This document shows, piece after piece, positions 44,546 to 53,587 of a stretch of DNA of 64,000 nucleotides. The notes beneath the pieces were generated by a model. The model searched no databases. It saw only the letters and a program-made list of their open reading frames with translations, and was not told where the DNA came from. This stretch comes from Candidatus Parcubacteria bacterium (GTDB taxonomy: Bacteria > Patescibacteriota > Minisyncoccia > Sungbacterales > SURF-37). Numbering within the stretch: position 1 is the first letter of the stretch; every line of letters begins with the position of its first letter. Position numbers and translations under genes: made by a program. The stretch lies in assembly GCA_003599755.1 (NCBI GenBank), contig QZJO01000009.1, forward strand, positions 150,362 through 214,361, given 5' to 3'.

Positions 44546-46864
44546 TCATGCCTGGACCCGATCAATATTATCGAGCCAGCGCCGAGCAACCTCCGGCCAG
44601 CCGGATTTCCCGGGAAACGCGGCGATGCGCGCCGAAAGTTCCGCGCGATGCCGCGGACTCGCCACTGCCGCGATGCCTGCCGCAATCATTGCTTCATCGA
44701 GCGGGTCGACAAGCACTGCCAAATCCCCGATCCATTCGGCAAATCCGGTCTCGCGCGTGAGCAATACGGGCGTGCCGGCCGCGATACATTCCAAAACGAG
44801 ATTCGGGCTTACGTCGGACAGCGACGGCAGCGCCACGGCCGCTACCGCCGCGATGCGCGCGGCCAATTCTTGCCGCCCGAGGGACGGCAGCACGCGGATG
44901 CGATCCTCGGCCCCGGCCGCGCGGATGGCAATATTAAGCGCGTGGCGCTCCGGTCCCTCGCCGATGAGCTCCAGCCGCATCGAACGCGGAGCTTTTTTCG
45001 CAAACACGCGCACCAAACGGCTGAGATTCTTCACGCGCACGAAACGGCCCGCAAACAACAGTACCGGCTCGCGCGCTTCCGCTCCGGTACCGCCGGCGGG
45101 AACCGGCGGCGAAATAATCGCGATGCGTGCGGGCGCGATGCCATAACCGGCAGCAAGGGTTTTCTGGCGCCATGCGGATGAGCAGACGAACTGCCGCGCT
45201 TGGGTAAAGGTCCGACGCGTCATGCGCCGGATCAAACGCTCTTTGCGCGTAAATTCAAACACGGTGATGTGCTCTGAAAATTTCGGCAGCGTAAGATCGG
45301 TACCCGTTCGCTCGATGTACGACTCCCATAGCCGATCCCCTTCGATGCGCAGAATCAATGGCCGCCGCCAGAGTCGCGCGGCTGCGGCGACCGGTACGCC
45401 AACCCCAACCGGATCAAGCGCGATCACCGCATCAGCAAGCCGCAGATGCCAAAGCGCCTTCAGAAAATACATGCCCTGACGCAGACCGGGCGGCAGGCGC
45501 ATGGATACCGTACGGAGATGAAATCCTTCGGAGTACGGTATTGCGCCCTGCGGCCGATAACTTAGTACCGTCACCCAGCGGCCGGCGGCAGCCATTTCTT
45601 GAGCCAAACGCCATGCATAGGTCGCGGGGCCGCCGAGTGCGGGCGGCACAAACGGCGTTGCCAAAAGCACGCGCGCTGCCGCGCGCTGTTTGACCAGCGG
45701 CACGAATGCAGTCCTGAATGATTCGGCGATCGCGTCCCATTGATAGAATTTCTTCACCGTCTCACGACCCGCCGCACCCAGCCGCTGGCGCAAAAGACCG
45801 TCGCCCAACAGCCGCGATAATTTCGCCGCCAGATCCTGATAATCATCTACCTTAGCGGCAATACCGTTTTCGCCGTCACGCAAAAAATCTGTAATACCGC
45901 CTACTGCGGTCGCCACCACGGGCACGCCTGCAGCCATAGCTTCCAAGAACGATACGCCAAGTCCTTCGGAACGCGACGGCCGACAATAGATATCCGCAAT
46001 CGCCAGATACCGCGGAATATCCGCATTAGGAACCGAGCCGACAAACTGTACGCGTTCCGCCACACCCAGCGTTCGCGCCAATGTCACGAGGCGCTCTCGC
46101 TCGTGGCCATCGCCGACGATGACGAGCGCCGATGGTGATGCGCCACTCTCGCGATGCATCCTGGCGAACGCACGGATCAAAACATCAATCGCGTTTTTCT
46201 CGACCAGGCGCGACGTGGTGACAATGACGCGGGCATCGGAGGCGATGCCGAGGCGCTTCTTCAGCGCTTCGCGATCCTCGACCGACATGGGATTCTGAAA
46301 TACTGAAAAATCGATACCGTTGGGTATGACGCGCACGCGGCCGCGATAGCCGAATTGGCGAGAGAAATCGCCGAGGTATGAGCTGATCGCCTGCACTTCG
46401 TCGGCGCGGCGCAGTGCGAACCGCCATGCAAATCCAGTCATGCCGAACCGACCATGGCGGATATGCGCTTCCGAGTCGCCCTCCTGCAACGTCTGAAAAA
46501 CCGGTATGTGATCCCAAAACCGCAGCGTATTAATAAAATATGGAATAAGCCCGGACCAATTCACCATCACCGGCCAGAAGAACGCGGGCTTCGTGCGCCG
46601 CATCATACCGAGCACCTTGATCGTCCCCCAAAACGGCAAGAGGAACTTATCGTAGCGGGTGCCTAGGCCGACCCGCACGATCACGCCCTCTTCCCGAAAC
46701 TGCATGGGCGCAAGATCGCGGTTCATGCGCGCGGTAATAATAAAAAAGCGGTACTCCGAAGCGAGCCGCCGCGCGACATGTTCGATTGCGATCTCCGCCC
46801 CGCCGATATACGGATGGTATGCGGTGGTAAAGACCAAGACCGCGGGCTTTTCGGTAGCCATCAT
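44546..46864 (-). CDS. Tandem two-domain GT4 glycosyltransferase (bifunctional, 772 aa)
   Basis: Two complete GT4 units: residues ~1-380 (SEGLGVSFLEAMAAGVPVV) and ~390-772 (VLLATPFVPPALGGPATYAW...). Confidence 0.7.
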   Translation of the reverse strand: MMATEKPAVLVFTTAYHPYIGGAEIAIEHVARRLASEYRFFIITARMNRDLAPMQFREEGVIVRVGLGTRYDKFLLPFWGTIKVLGMMRRTKPAFFWPVMVNWSGLIPYFINTLRFWDHIPVFQTLQEGDSEAHIRHGRFGMTGFAWRFALRRADEVQAISSYLGDFSRQFGYRGRVRVIPNGIDFSVFQNPMSVEDREALKKRLGIASDARVIVTTSRLVEKNAIDVLIRAFARMHRESGASPSALVIVGDGHERERLVTLARTLGVAERVQFVGSVPNADIPRYLAIADIYCRPSRSEGLGVSFLEAMAAGVPVVATAVGGITDFLRDGENGIAAKVDDYQDLAAKLSRLLGDGLLRQRLGAAGRETVKKFYQWDAIAESFRTAFVPLVKQRAAARVLLATPFVPPALGGPATYAWRLAQEMAAAGRWVTVLSYRPQGAIPYSEGFHLRTVSMRLPPGLRQGMYFLKALWHLRLADAVIALDPVGVGVPVAAAARLWRRPLILRIEGDRLWESYIERTGTDLTLPKFSEHITVFEFTRKERLIRRMTRRTFTQARQFVCSSAWRQKTLAAGYGIAPARIAIISPPVPAGGTGAEAREPVLLFAGRFVRVKNLSRLVRVFAKKAPRSMRLELIGEGPERHALNIAIRAAGAEDRIRVLPSLGRQELAARIAAVAAVALPSLSDVSPNLVLECIAAGTPVLLTRETGFAEWIGDLAVLVDPLDEAMIAAGIAAVASPRHRAELSARIAAFPGKSGWPEVARRWLDNIDRVQA

Positions 46865-46877
46865 GAGTAGTACTCGC

Positions 46878-48425
46878 TCAGCCGAATTTCCGCTTCAAGG
46901 CGATCACGCCGATCGCCAGAAGGGCGCTTGCGCCAGCACTGATCCCGAAAAATAACCACGTGCGCGATTGGCTTGGCAATGCGGCGGATAGCGCCGCGGT
47001 CTCGCCTGATGCCGGGACCGACGGCGGCTCAGATTCCCGGGCCAGTATCACCGGCGGTTCCACAGGCGGAGGCGCGGACGTCCGAAGAGCTGCCGCCGGA
47101 CGCGGCATCGGCGCCGGTGCGGCAGCAACGTTCACTGCAACCGCCGGTTTAGCCGGTGCGACAAGGCCGGGCGTGGCAACGCGCTCCACGACAAATGCAT
47201 CGCCATTGCGCACCCAGCTGCCGCTGCCTGGAGAACCGACCAGTGCCGCCGCATCCAGAATCATGCCGCGCGCATCGGCGAGCGTGATCGCGGGCGCCGG
47301 CTTGAGCCACGTGGCGCTGTTCGGAAACGCGATCACGCCCCCTGCCGCAATCAATGTATTGGCCGGAATCGCAAAATTCGTTCCCGCATCATCAGTCAAG
47401 CGAATGCCGGCAAGATCGATGCGCGCGTCGCCGGCGTTGAAAATTTCGACGAACCCATCGTTGCCGGGCTTCACTTCGCTGATGATGAGTTTGGGCGGAT
47501 ATACGATAATCATCCGCCAGTCCGCGCCTGCAAGTTCGCCCGATGATACAGAAAGGTGCGCGTGATACGTTCCCGGGAAATAATAAATATGCGTCAGGGC
47601 TTTGCCTTCTTTGACCCAGCCGTCGCCGAAATTCCAGAGGAATCGGGCGTTCGGGATGAGCTCCTTGTTCAGGCCGTACGCAAGTCCGCGAAATTCAACC
47701 ACCGCGCCGGCAATCACCGTTGTATCGTCCCCCGCGTCGGCGCCGAGTCCCTGCGGCGGCGCGACGGCGATATCCCCGCCCCCTGCGGTCGATTGGTCGG
47801 TATCCGCGCCGCCGGACGACGTAGGCGGCGGATTCGAACCCGGATCGGCCATGCCGGGCGAAGTCATAATGCGCCAAGCGCTTGCCGACCCACGCACGCC
47901 ATCGGCAGCCAATCCGATCGAATCGCCTTCGGCGAGCGAACCAGTATCCACGAACGTTCCCGCGGTCCAGAGGCCGGCTTCGGCCGCGGCCGATTCCCAG
48001 GTCTTTCGCTCGCTCGCGCCGGGCTTTTGGTAGCGGACAAAATCCTCGATCGTATCTGCGGAGCGGCCACCGGGCCGGAACAATGCCACTGAGCCGGACG
48101 AGTTGCCCATGTTTGTCGTCGGCGACGCATGATAATGATTCGCCGCATCGCCGGTTCCGGATGCGCGTAGATGAATCGTCAAAAATGAATGACCCGCAAG
48201 GGATGTCCCTGCGGGAAACGCATAATACCCGATGCCGTCCGGATACAGTTCCCAGCCGCTCAAATCCGCGGGGTTCGATCCGGCATTATAGAGCTCGATC
48301 CTCTCAAGACCCGTGTCCGCGCCGGCCGGATCAAACAGAATCTCATTGATAACCACTGCAGCCCCAGCACCGGCAGGGACGGCTGCGATGATCAAAACCG
48401 CCAATATACCGGGAAAGATACGCAT
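46878..48425 (-). CDS. Secreted/cell-surface protein with two lamin-tail domains, a PKD-like domain, Pro-rich linker and C-terminal TM anchor
   Basis: Signal peptide MRIFPGILAVLIIAAVPAGAGA; LTD motifs VINEILFDPAGADTGLERIELYNAG and IISEVKPGNDGFVEIFNAG; PKD-like WNFGDGW; C-terminal WLFFGISAGASALLAIGVIALKRKFG. Confidence 0.7.
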   Translation of the reverse strand: MRIFPGILAVLIIAAVPAGAGAAVVINEILFDPAGADTGLERIELYNAGSNPADLSGWELYPDGIGYYAFPAGTSLAGHSFLTIHLRASGTGDAANHYHASPTTNMGNSSGSVALFRPGGRSADTIEDFVRYQKPGASERKTWESAAAEAGLWTAGTFVDTGSLAEGDSIGLAADGVRGSASAWRIMTSPGMADPGSNPPPTSSGGADTDQSTAGGGDIAVAPPQGLGADAGDDTTVIAGAVVEFRGLAYGLNKELIPNARFLWNFGDGWVKEGKALTHIYYFPGTYHAHLSVSSGELAGADWRMIIVYPPKLIISEVKPGNDGFVEIFNAGDARIDLAGIRLTDDAGTNFAIPANTLIAAGGVIAFPNSATWLKPAPAITLADARGMILDAAALVGSPGSGSWVRNGDAFVVERVATPGLVAPAKPAVAVNVAAAPAPMPRPAAALRTSAPPPVEPPVILARESEPPSVPASGETAALSAALPSQSRTWLFFGISAGASALLAIGVIALKRKFG

Positions 48426-48476
48426 GGCCGTTCTCTCTACCGTACTGCTCGGACCAGCGCCCGCCAAGAAATAGTT

Positions 48477-48506
48477 GTCCCCGCCTACTCTCGGGCAGGC
48501 GGGGAC
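48477..48506 (-). terminator. Candidate intrinsic terminator after ORF 48511-48936
   Basis: Perfect 10-bp stem GTCCCCGCCT/AGGCGGGGAC followed on the minus strand by AACUAUUUCUU. Confidence 0.45.
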
Positions 48507-48510
48507 GAGC

Positions 48511-48936
48511 TCAGCGCTTCGGGTAGAGCTCAGCGCGGTCGATGGCGTCCACCTGATCAGCCAAGGCGATGAGAATCCGGACCACCGAGCGGAATTTATC
48601 CAGGAACGCGGGCTTGAACGTGGCAAGTACCGCTGCCTCGAGTGAGAGAAGCCACTCCGAGAGATGCTCGATGGATCTGAACACTCCATTCACACTGAGG
48701 CAGAGCTCATCACCTTCCGCTCGTATCTCGAACCGTGCCGAAAGCTCGCAAACTTGCGAACCCCCGATGCGCCGCACGTCGTCGATGAAAACCCAGCCGG
48801 TAAATATTCCGTGGGTATGCATGAACGGCCCGAAGGTCTTTCCCGCAGTTACCATGGAACTCTCCTTTCGCCAGCAGGCCTCCAACTTCCCTATCACGGC
48901 ATCCGACTCCCCGCAAGGGAAAACTTCGCGTACCAT
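48511..48936 (-). CDS. Hypothetical protein (141-aa ORF; possibly shorter from internal Met)
   Basis: ORF with protein-like composition between locus end and GT-C gene; no motif recognised. Confidence 0.35.
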   Translation of the reverse strand: MVREVFPCGESDAVIGKLEACWRKESSMVTAGKTFGPFMHTHGIFTGWVFIDDVRRIGGSQVCELSARFEIRAEGDELCLSVNGVFRSIEHLSEWLLSLEAAVLATFKPAFLDKFRSVVRILIALADQVDAIDRAELYPKR

Positions 48937-48944
48937 ATAAGGCG

Positions 48945-50681
48945 ATGCCCCACAGCACTGTCGCCCGCATTCTGTTTTTGATCATTCTGGCTCTTGCGGC
49001 AATTTTGCGTTTGGCGAATCTCCACCAGGGCGATCCGTTGAACGATGAAGTCGCTTACGCGTTTCGCGCGGTGGCGCTGATCGATTCATACGCTGCCGAA
49101 GAAACGCCGCTTGAGAAGCTCGACCCGAACCGGCCGAGCTGGCTTTCGTTTTCCTTCCATGACCACCCGCCGCTCGTGTTCTGGGTTCAGCATGCTGCGA
49201 TAACGCTCTTCGGCGAAACGCTCTGGGCCGCCCGTCTGCCGTCGGCGTTGCTCGGCATTATTTCGGTATGGCTTATATTCCTCATCGGCCGGCGCATCGC
49301 GACTCGCCCCGCTCCGGCTCCGGCGAAGCGGGCCGAACGATCAGGCCTGATTGCCGCGGCGCTGCTTGCGGCTACGATTCACCACGTATATATATCGCGC
49401 ACCGCGCAGCAGGAGGCATACGTCATCTTCTTTTTGCTCTTGGGCATATGGTTTGCACTCAAATCCCGAGAACAGCCCCGTTACCTCATCGCGCTCGGCG
49501 TAACGGCCGGACTGGGATTTCTCGCCAAATACACCACGCTCGTACTGTTTCCCATCGCTGCCGTCCTATTGACTCCCGTGCTGCGCGAACATCTCCGCCG
49601 CCGCGAGTTCTGGATAGGCGCCGCAGCCGCCGTTCTCGTCGCAAGCCCGGTCCTGATCTACAATTTCCAGCTCTGGCGTACCCTCGGCCATTTTGATCTC
49701 CAGTTCGCGTACCTTTTCGGCAATGCCCCCGAATCGTGGCAGCAAAGCCCCGGCAAGGACATCGGCTCGCTGGGCCATCGGATTGCCGTATTTCTGCCGC
49801 GCCTTGGCCAGACCAACTCATGGTTATTTCTCTCGTTCGCCGTCGCCGCGATCGCGGGATTCGCGGCGGGGTTGACACGCGCTCCTCGAGACACGTTTCG
49901 GCGCTTCGGCGTCATCGCGGCCTCGCTTGTAGCCGTCACGCTGCTTCTTTTGGCCATCGGTCCCTCCATCCGGTTCCTCGCCCTCCTTACGCCGTTTCTT
50001 GCGCTCGCGATCGGCATATTCCTCGATCGCGCGCTGACGCGGCTGCCGCAGCGCTTCGCAGCCGCAGGGATAGCCGCCGTCGTTTTTTTTGCCGCATTTG
50101 AGGCAGCATACAGCTGGAACAACGAAATCGCGGCCGTGCCGGTCGGTTCAAGACCGTGGTTTATCTCTCCCTTGCAATATGAAACCCCGCGTCTCGGCTA
50201 TACGGAACTGGAAGCATGGTTTGCGCATGAATTCGCCAATACATATCCGGTCATAACATTCGAAACGACGTTTGCGTTTACTCAAGAACTCCAAGAGCGC
50301 TCCATACGCCGCATGCGCCAGGCCGGCGCCTCGTCCCGGGCGGCGCTCATCGTGACGTACGGCGATTTTACCCCGCATGCCGAACTCTGGACGTTCGAGC
50401 GGCGGAGGATGCATCAGGGCTGGCCGATCCTTTCGCTTGCCGACTACCAGGCCGCGATTGCCGAGCAGGGACCCGAATTTTTCGCCGCGGCCGGATTTAC
50501 GGAACTCCATATCGTCATCTCCGCGACCATGGTGATTCCCGATGCGCTCAAAATGCTCATTGCAACGCCGGGAACCGAAGAGACCGCCATTCAAAATCCG
50601 GCCGGCAAAACCGCATTCCGGATATTCACCATCCCGCTTACCCAAGCTTTTCGGCCGATCGCATCGCCGGTACAATGGTAA
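48945..50681 (+). CDS. ArnT/PMT-family GT-C glycosyltransferase (dolichyl/undecaprenyl-phosphate-sugar dependent)
   Basis: Polytopic; first-loop LNDEVAYAFRAVALIDS DE motif typical of ArnT/PMT_2; 578 aa. Confidence 0.75.
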   Translation: MPHSTVARILFLIILALAAILRLANLHQGDPLNDEVAYAFRAVALIDSYAAEETPLEKLDPNRPSWLSFSFHDHPPLVFWVQHAAITLFGETLWAARLPSALLGIISVWLIFLIGRRIATRPAPAPAKRAERSGLIAAALLAATIHHVYISRTAQQEAYVIFFLLLGIWFALKSREQPRYLIALGVTAGLGFLAKYTTLVLFPIAAVLLTPVLREHLRRREFWIGAAAAVLVASPVLIYNFQLWRTLGHFDLQFAYLFGNAPESWQQSPGKDIGSLGHRIAVFLPRLGQTNSWLFLSFAVAAIAGFAAGLTRAPRDTFRRFGVIAASLVAVTLLLLAIGPSIRFLALLTPFLALAIGIFLDRALTRLPQRFAAAGIAAVVFFAAFEAAYSWNNEIAAVPVGSRPWFISPLQYETPRLGYTELEAWFAHEFANTYPVITFETTFAFTQELQERSIRRMRQAGASSRAALIVTYGDFTPHAELWTFERRRMHQGWPILSLADYQAAIAEQGPEFFAAAGFTELHIVISATMVIPDALKMLIATPGTEETAIQNPAGKTAFRIFTIPLTQAFRPIASPVQW

Positions 50682-51931
50682 TTATGAACACCTCCAAGCT
50701 TGGACTCATCGGCGCCCTCGTAATCGCCGGCACCCTAATGGCACACTCAGCCGCAGCTGCCACACGGGAAGAAATGATTGCGTCATTGCAGGCGCAAATC
50801 GACGCGCTGCTAGCGCAACTGGCTATGCTCCAGCCCTCGGCGCCACCATCAGTTGTACTACCGTTTACGGAAACCTTGCACCTTGGCTCCCGAGGTCAGG
50901 AAGTGCAAACTCTGCAAAAATTTCTCCGGGACTTTTCGCTCAACCAACCGCACATCTATCCCGAAGGGCTCGTAACTGGGTATTTCGGCCCGTTGACCGA
51001 GGCGGCCGTCAAGCGGTTCCAGATACACTACGGCATCGAGGCCGTAGGCATCGTAGGCCCCAAAACGCGCGCAAAATTGAATGTGCTAGTTCCGCCCAAG
51101 CCGCCAGCGCTCGTCCCTACGCCGGTGACCCCGCCTCCACCCGCTCCTGCCCCAACGCCAGCGCCGGCCCCCGCGCCAACGCCCGCTCCGGCGCCTACGC
51201 CGACCCCTCCGCCTCCGCCTGCATATATTCCCACCCCTTTCCAGCTTGGATTGCCTACGATCAGTGCATTCAAATGGGGATCAACATCGCTGAATCTCAC
51301 GTTCGCGCATGATCCGGGAAATTATACCCGCTCCTACGCGATATACCTGAAAAAATCCGGGGAAACCGCGTTTACCAAATTCGGACCCTACGCGATGCCG
51401 AACATCGGCGAAAGCACGACCGCGGCCGACGGCACATCCCTGCGGCGCATTGCCGTAAACGTTTGGGAATGGAAGCAGCCGGTGGACTACGCGACCCAGG
51501 CCGATGGTGATTACACGGCGTATCTGACGGCCGTCGGCGATGGCGGCGTGGAAAGCCAGGCAACGCCGATGTGGGGCGCGGTTCTCTATTCGGCAATTGA
51601 ATTTGACGAATTCCACCACGACGCGCCGATCCAAGCGGTCATCAACAACGTATTTTCCGATTTCCCGCTCCGCATGCGCATCGCCAATTCCCAAAGCGAT
51701 CTCTATTATAAATACTGGATCTACGACGGCGATACGCTCATCTGGGACAGCGCGTATACCAACCAGGCCGCAAGCTCCAAGATCGAAGTAAGTTTCCAGA
51801 ATCTCGACGGGTACCCGTTTGAGAACGGCAAATCCTATCGCATACGCGCCGAGTCGTTCGACAACAATGTCGGCAACGACTCGCAGATCAGGCAAAAACC
51901 TGCGGAACGGACTCTCACGTACGTCCCGTAG
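50675..51931 (+). CDS. Secreted peptidoglycan-binding (PG_binding_1) domain protein with Pro/Ala/Thr linker and C-terminal beta-rich domain
   Basis: Signal peptide, coiled-coil IASLQAQIDALLAQLAMLQ, PG_binding_1 (LHLGSRGQEVQTLQKFL...GYFGPLTEAAVKRFQ), PAPAPTPAPAPAPTPAPAPTPTPPPPP linker. Confidence 0.75.
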   Translation: MVIMNTSKLGLIGALVIAGTLMAHSAAAATREEMIASLQAQIDALLAQLAMLQPSAPPSVVLPFTETLHLGSRGQEVQTLQKFLRDFSLNQPHIYPEGLVTGYFGPLTEAAVKRFQIHYGIEAVGIVGPKTRAKLNVLVPPKPPALVPTPVTPPPPAPAPTPAPAPAPTPAPAPTPTPPPPPAYIPTPFQLGLPTISAFKWGSTSLNLTFAHDPGNYTRSYAIYLKKSGETAFTKFGPYAMPNIGESTTAADGTSLRRIAVNVWEWKQPVDYATQADGDYTAYLTAVGDGGVESQATPMWGAVLYSAIEFDEFHHDAPIQAVINNVFSDFPLRMRIANSQSDLYYKYWIYDGDTLIWDSAYTNQAASSKIEVSFQNLDGYPFENGKSYRIRAESFDNNVGNDSQIRQKPAERTLTYVP

Positions 51932-52014
51932 TATCCCCGCCGCCGAACCCATGAACGAGGAGCTCCATTCCTCTCCGCCGCTCGGCGGCGGGGTATCCTG
52001 GAGATAAACAAATG

Positions 52015-52044
52015 AAAAGAACCCGCCGAGCGGGTTCTTTTCAT
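52015..52044. terminator. Bidirectional intrinsic terminator between convergent genes
   Basis: AAAAGAACCCGC-CGAG-CGGGTTCTTTT: GC stem flanked by an A-run and a U-run. Confidence 0.6.
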
Positions 52045-52056
52045 GGGTGAGCAAGC

Positions 52057-52857
52057 TCAGTTCCCTTGCTTTTTTGCGATCCGCTCCAGCGCCGCGCGAG
52101 CCGCCGCTCGCTCGGCATCGGACAGATCGGTCAGGCCGAGTAATGTTTCGTAATATTTCTTTGCCTTCGCGTATTCCCGCTGCTCTTCATACAGCGACGC
52201 CAAGCCCCCCACAAGCCCCGCGTCTTCGGAAGCGACGCGGAGGCCGGCGAGAAGAACTTCTTCCGCACGACCCGGATTATGTACGACTTCACGATAGAAA
52301 GCCCCGAACCCGTAGTAATACGCGGCGTGATTCGGATCGCGATCGATCGCGGCCTGGAACTTCGCCTCGGCCTTGGCCGGCTCTTTCAAATAATAACCGT
52401 ACAGCAGCGCGAGATTGTAAAATGGCAGGCCGTCGCTGGGAGAAATGATGTTGAGGTATTCGTAGGCATCGCGCGCACCAGCGTCGTCGTTATAAAAATG
52501 CTTGATATACGCCACGCGCATCCAAAGAGCCGGTACGCGAGGGTCTTTTTCGAGCTGATGCGCGATATCCGCCAATTCCGCGCGCAATTTCGCGTCGGTC
52601 TCCGGCGGCACCTGTTTGAGAAAATCCGGATCAGCGTTGAGCGTTGCTACGGCAACACCCAGATAGTTCGGCGTCTCGCCGTCGATCATCGGCGTCCCCG
52701 TGGCCATGCCAACGTCGATCGGCGCGTCGGCAGGACCATCTGCCGCACCGGGCATTTTGCCATAATACCGCCAAACAACCGCTGCGATTACAGCGGCGGC
52801 AGCGACGAGCGTAACGATTCCGAGCGTGCGATAGTTGCGAAAGCCAATCCCAAGCAT
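52057..52857 (-). CDS. Membrane-anchored TPR-repeat protein
   Basis: N-terminal TM helix, C-terminal TPR-like repeats (YYYGFGAFYREVV..., AKAKKYYETLLGL). Confidence 0.55.
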   Translation of the reverse strand: MLGIGFRNYRTLGIVTLVAAAAVIAAVVWRYYGKMPGAADGPADAPIDVGMATGTPMIDGETPNYLGVAVATLNADPDFLKQVPPETDAKLRAELADIAHQLEKDPRVPALWMRVAYIKHFYNDDAGARDAYEYLNIISPSDGLPFYNLALLYGYYLKEPAKAEAKFQAAIDRDPNHAAYYYGFGAFYREVVHNPGRAEEVLLAGLRVASEDAGLVGGLASLYEEQREYAKAKKYYETLLGLTDLSDAERAAARAALERIAKKQGN

Positions 52858-52887
52858 ACGAACGCCAGTGTAGCGGAAATCGCGCCA

Positions 52888-53433
52888 TTATTCAAACGGG
52901 GCACTCCTATGGTTCGGATTGACGTGATCCGGCGTAAATGGGATTTCGGCGTAGGGCATGCCGCCTCGCCAGTTGCGGATCCCGATCGCGACGTGGTGCA
53001 TAAGATTGGCCGGCAACGCATCAAGCGAGAACCAGCGAAGTTCATCGCATTTATGCGGTTCGCGGTTTTGCGGCTCGCCCTGCCATTGTTCGACAAGAAA
53101 AAATAAATCCACGCGCTCACCGGTTTTGTCGTGCTTGGCGCGATACATCGTGTGCACGAGCCGAGCAGCCGCAGGATCAAACGTAATACTGATTTCCTCC
53201 ATTGCCTCGCGCGCCATTGCTTGGAGCGGCAATTCGCCGGCCTCAATATGGCCGGACGGCACCGTATACCAACCGTCATAATAGCCGGTGTTGATGCGGC
53301 GGCTGAGAAGAATTCCGCCATCCCGATGCAAGATAAGATATACGGCCGGAACCGCTTTGTGCCGATCCTTCACCTGCCCGATGTTTCCGGTAGATTCAGT
53401 CATGAAAATATGAGCTGTATGCAAATGCTGCAT
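52888..53433 (-). CDS. NUDIX hydrolase
   Basis: Nudix box GHIEAGELPLQAMAREAMEEISI; start ambiguous (MQHL at 53433 or MTES at 53403; ORF extends further upstream). Confidence 0.7.
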   Translation of the reverse strand: MQHLHTAHIFMTESTGNIGQVKDRHKAVPAVYLILHRDGGILLSRRINTGYYDGWYTVPSGHIEAGELPLQAMAREAMEEISITFDPAAARLVHTMYRAKHDKTGERVDLFFLVEQWQGEPQNREPHKCDELRWFSLDALPANLMHHVAIGIRNWRGGMPYAEIPFTPDHVNPNHRSAPFE

Positions 53434-53587
53434 TGAGTTTACCCGAAAATTGTATAGAAAAATTCGGCGGGCGCATGCGATCATGATACCGCGGGATAAC
53501 TCAAAAGCCCCGGCATGGCCGGGGCTTTTGGCAACGCTAAACCCCGCCCACAAGGGGCGGGGTTTAGCCGAGTCACAAGGAGAACTC

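Noticed and set aside
48503-48540. 11-bp direct repeat GAGCTCAGCGC x2 near the 3' end of ORF 48511-48936
   Set aside because: Short, lies within or at the end of coding sequence, no further copies; likely coincidental.
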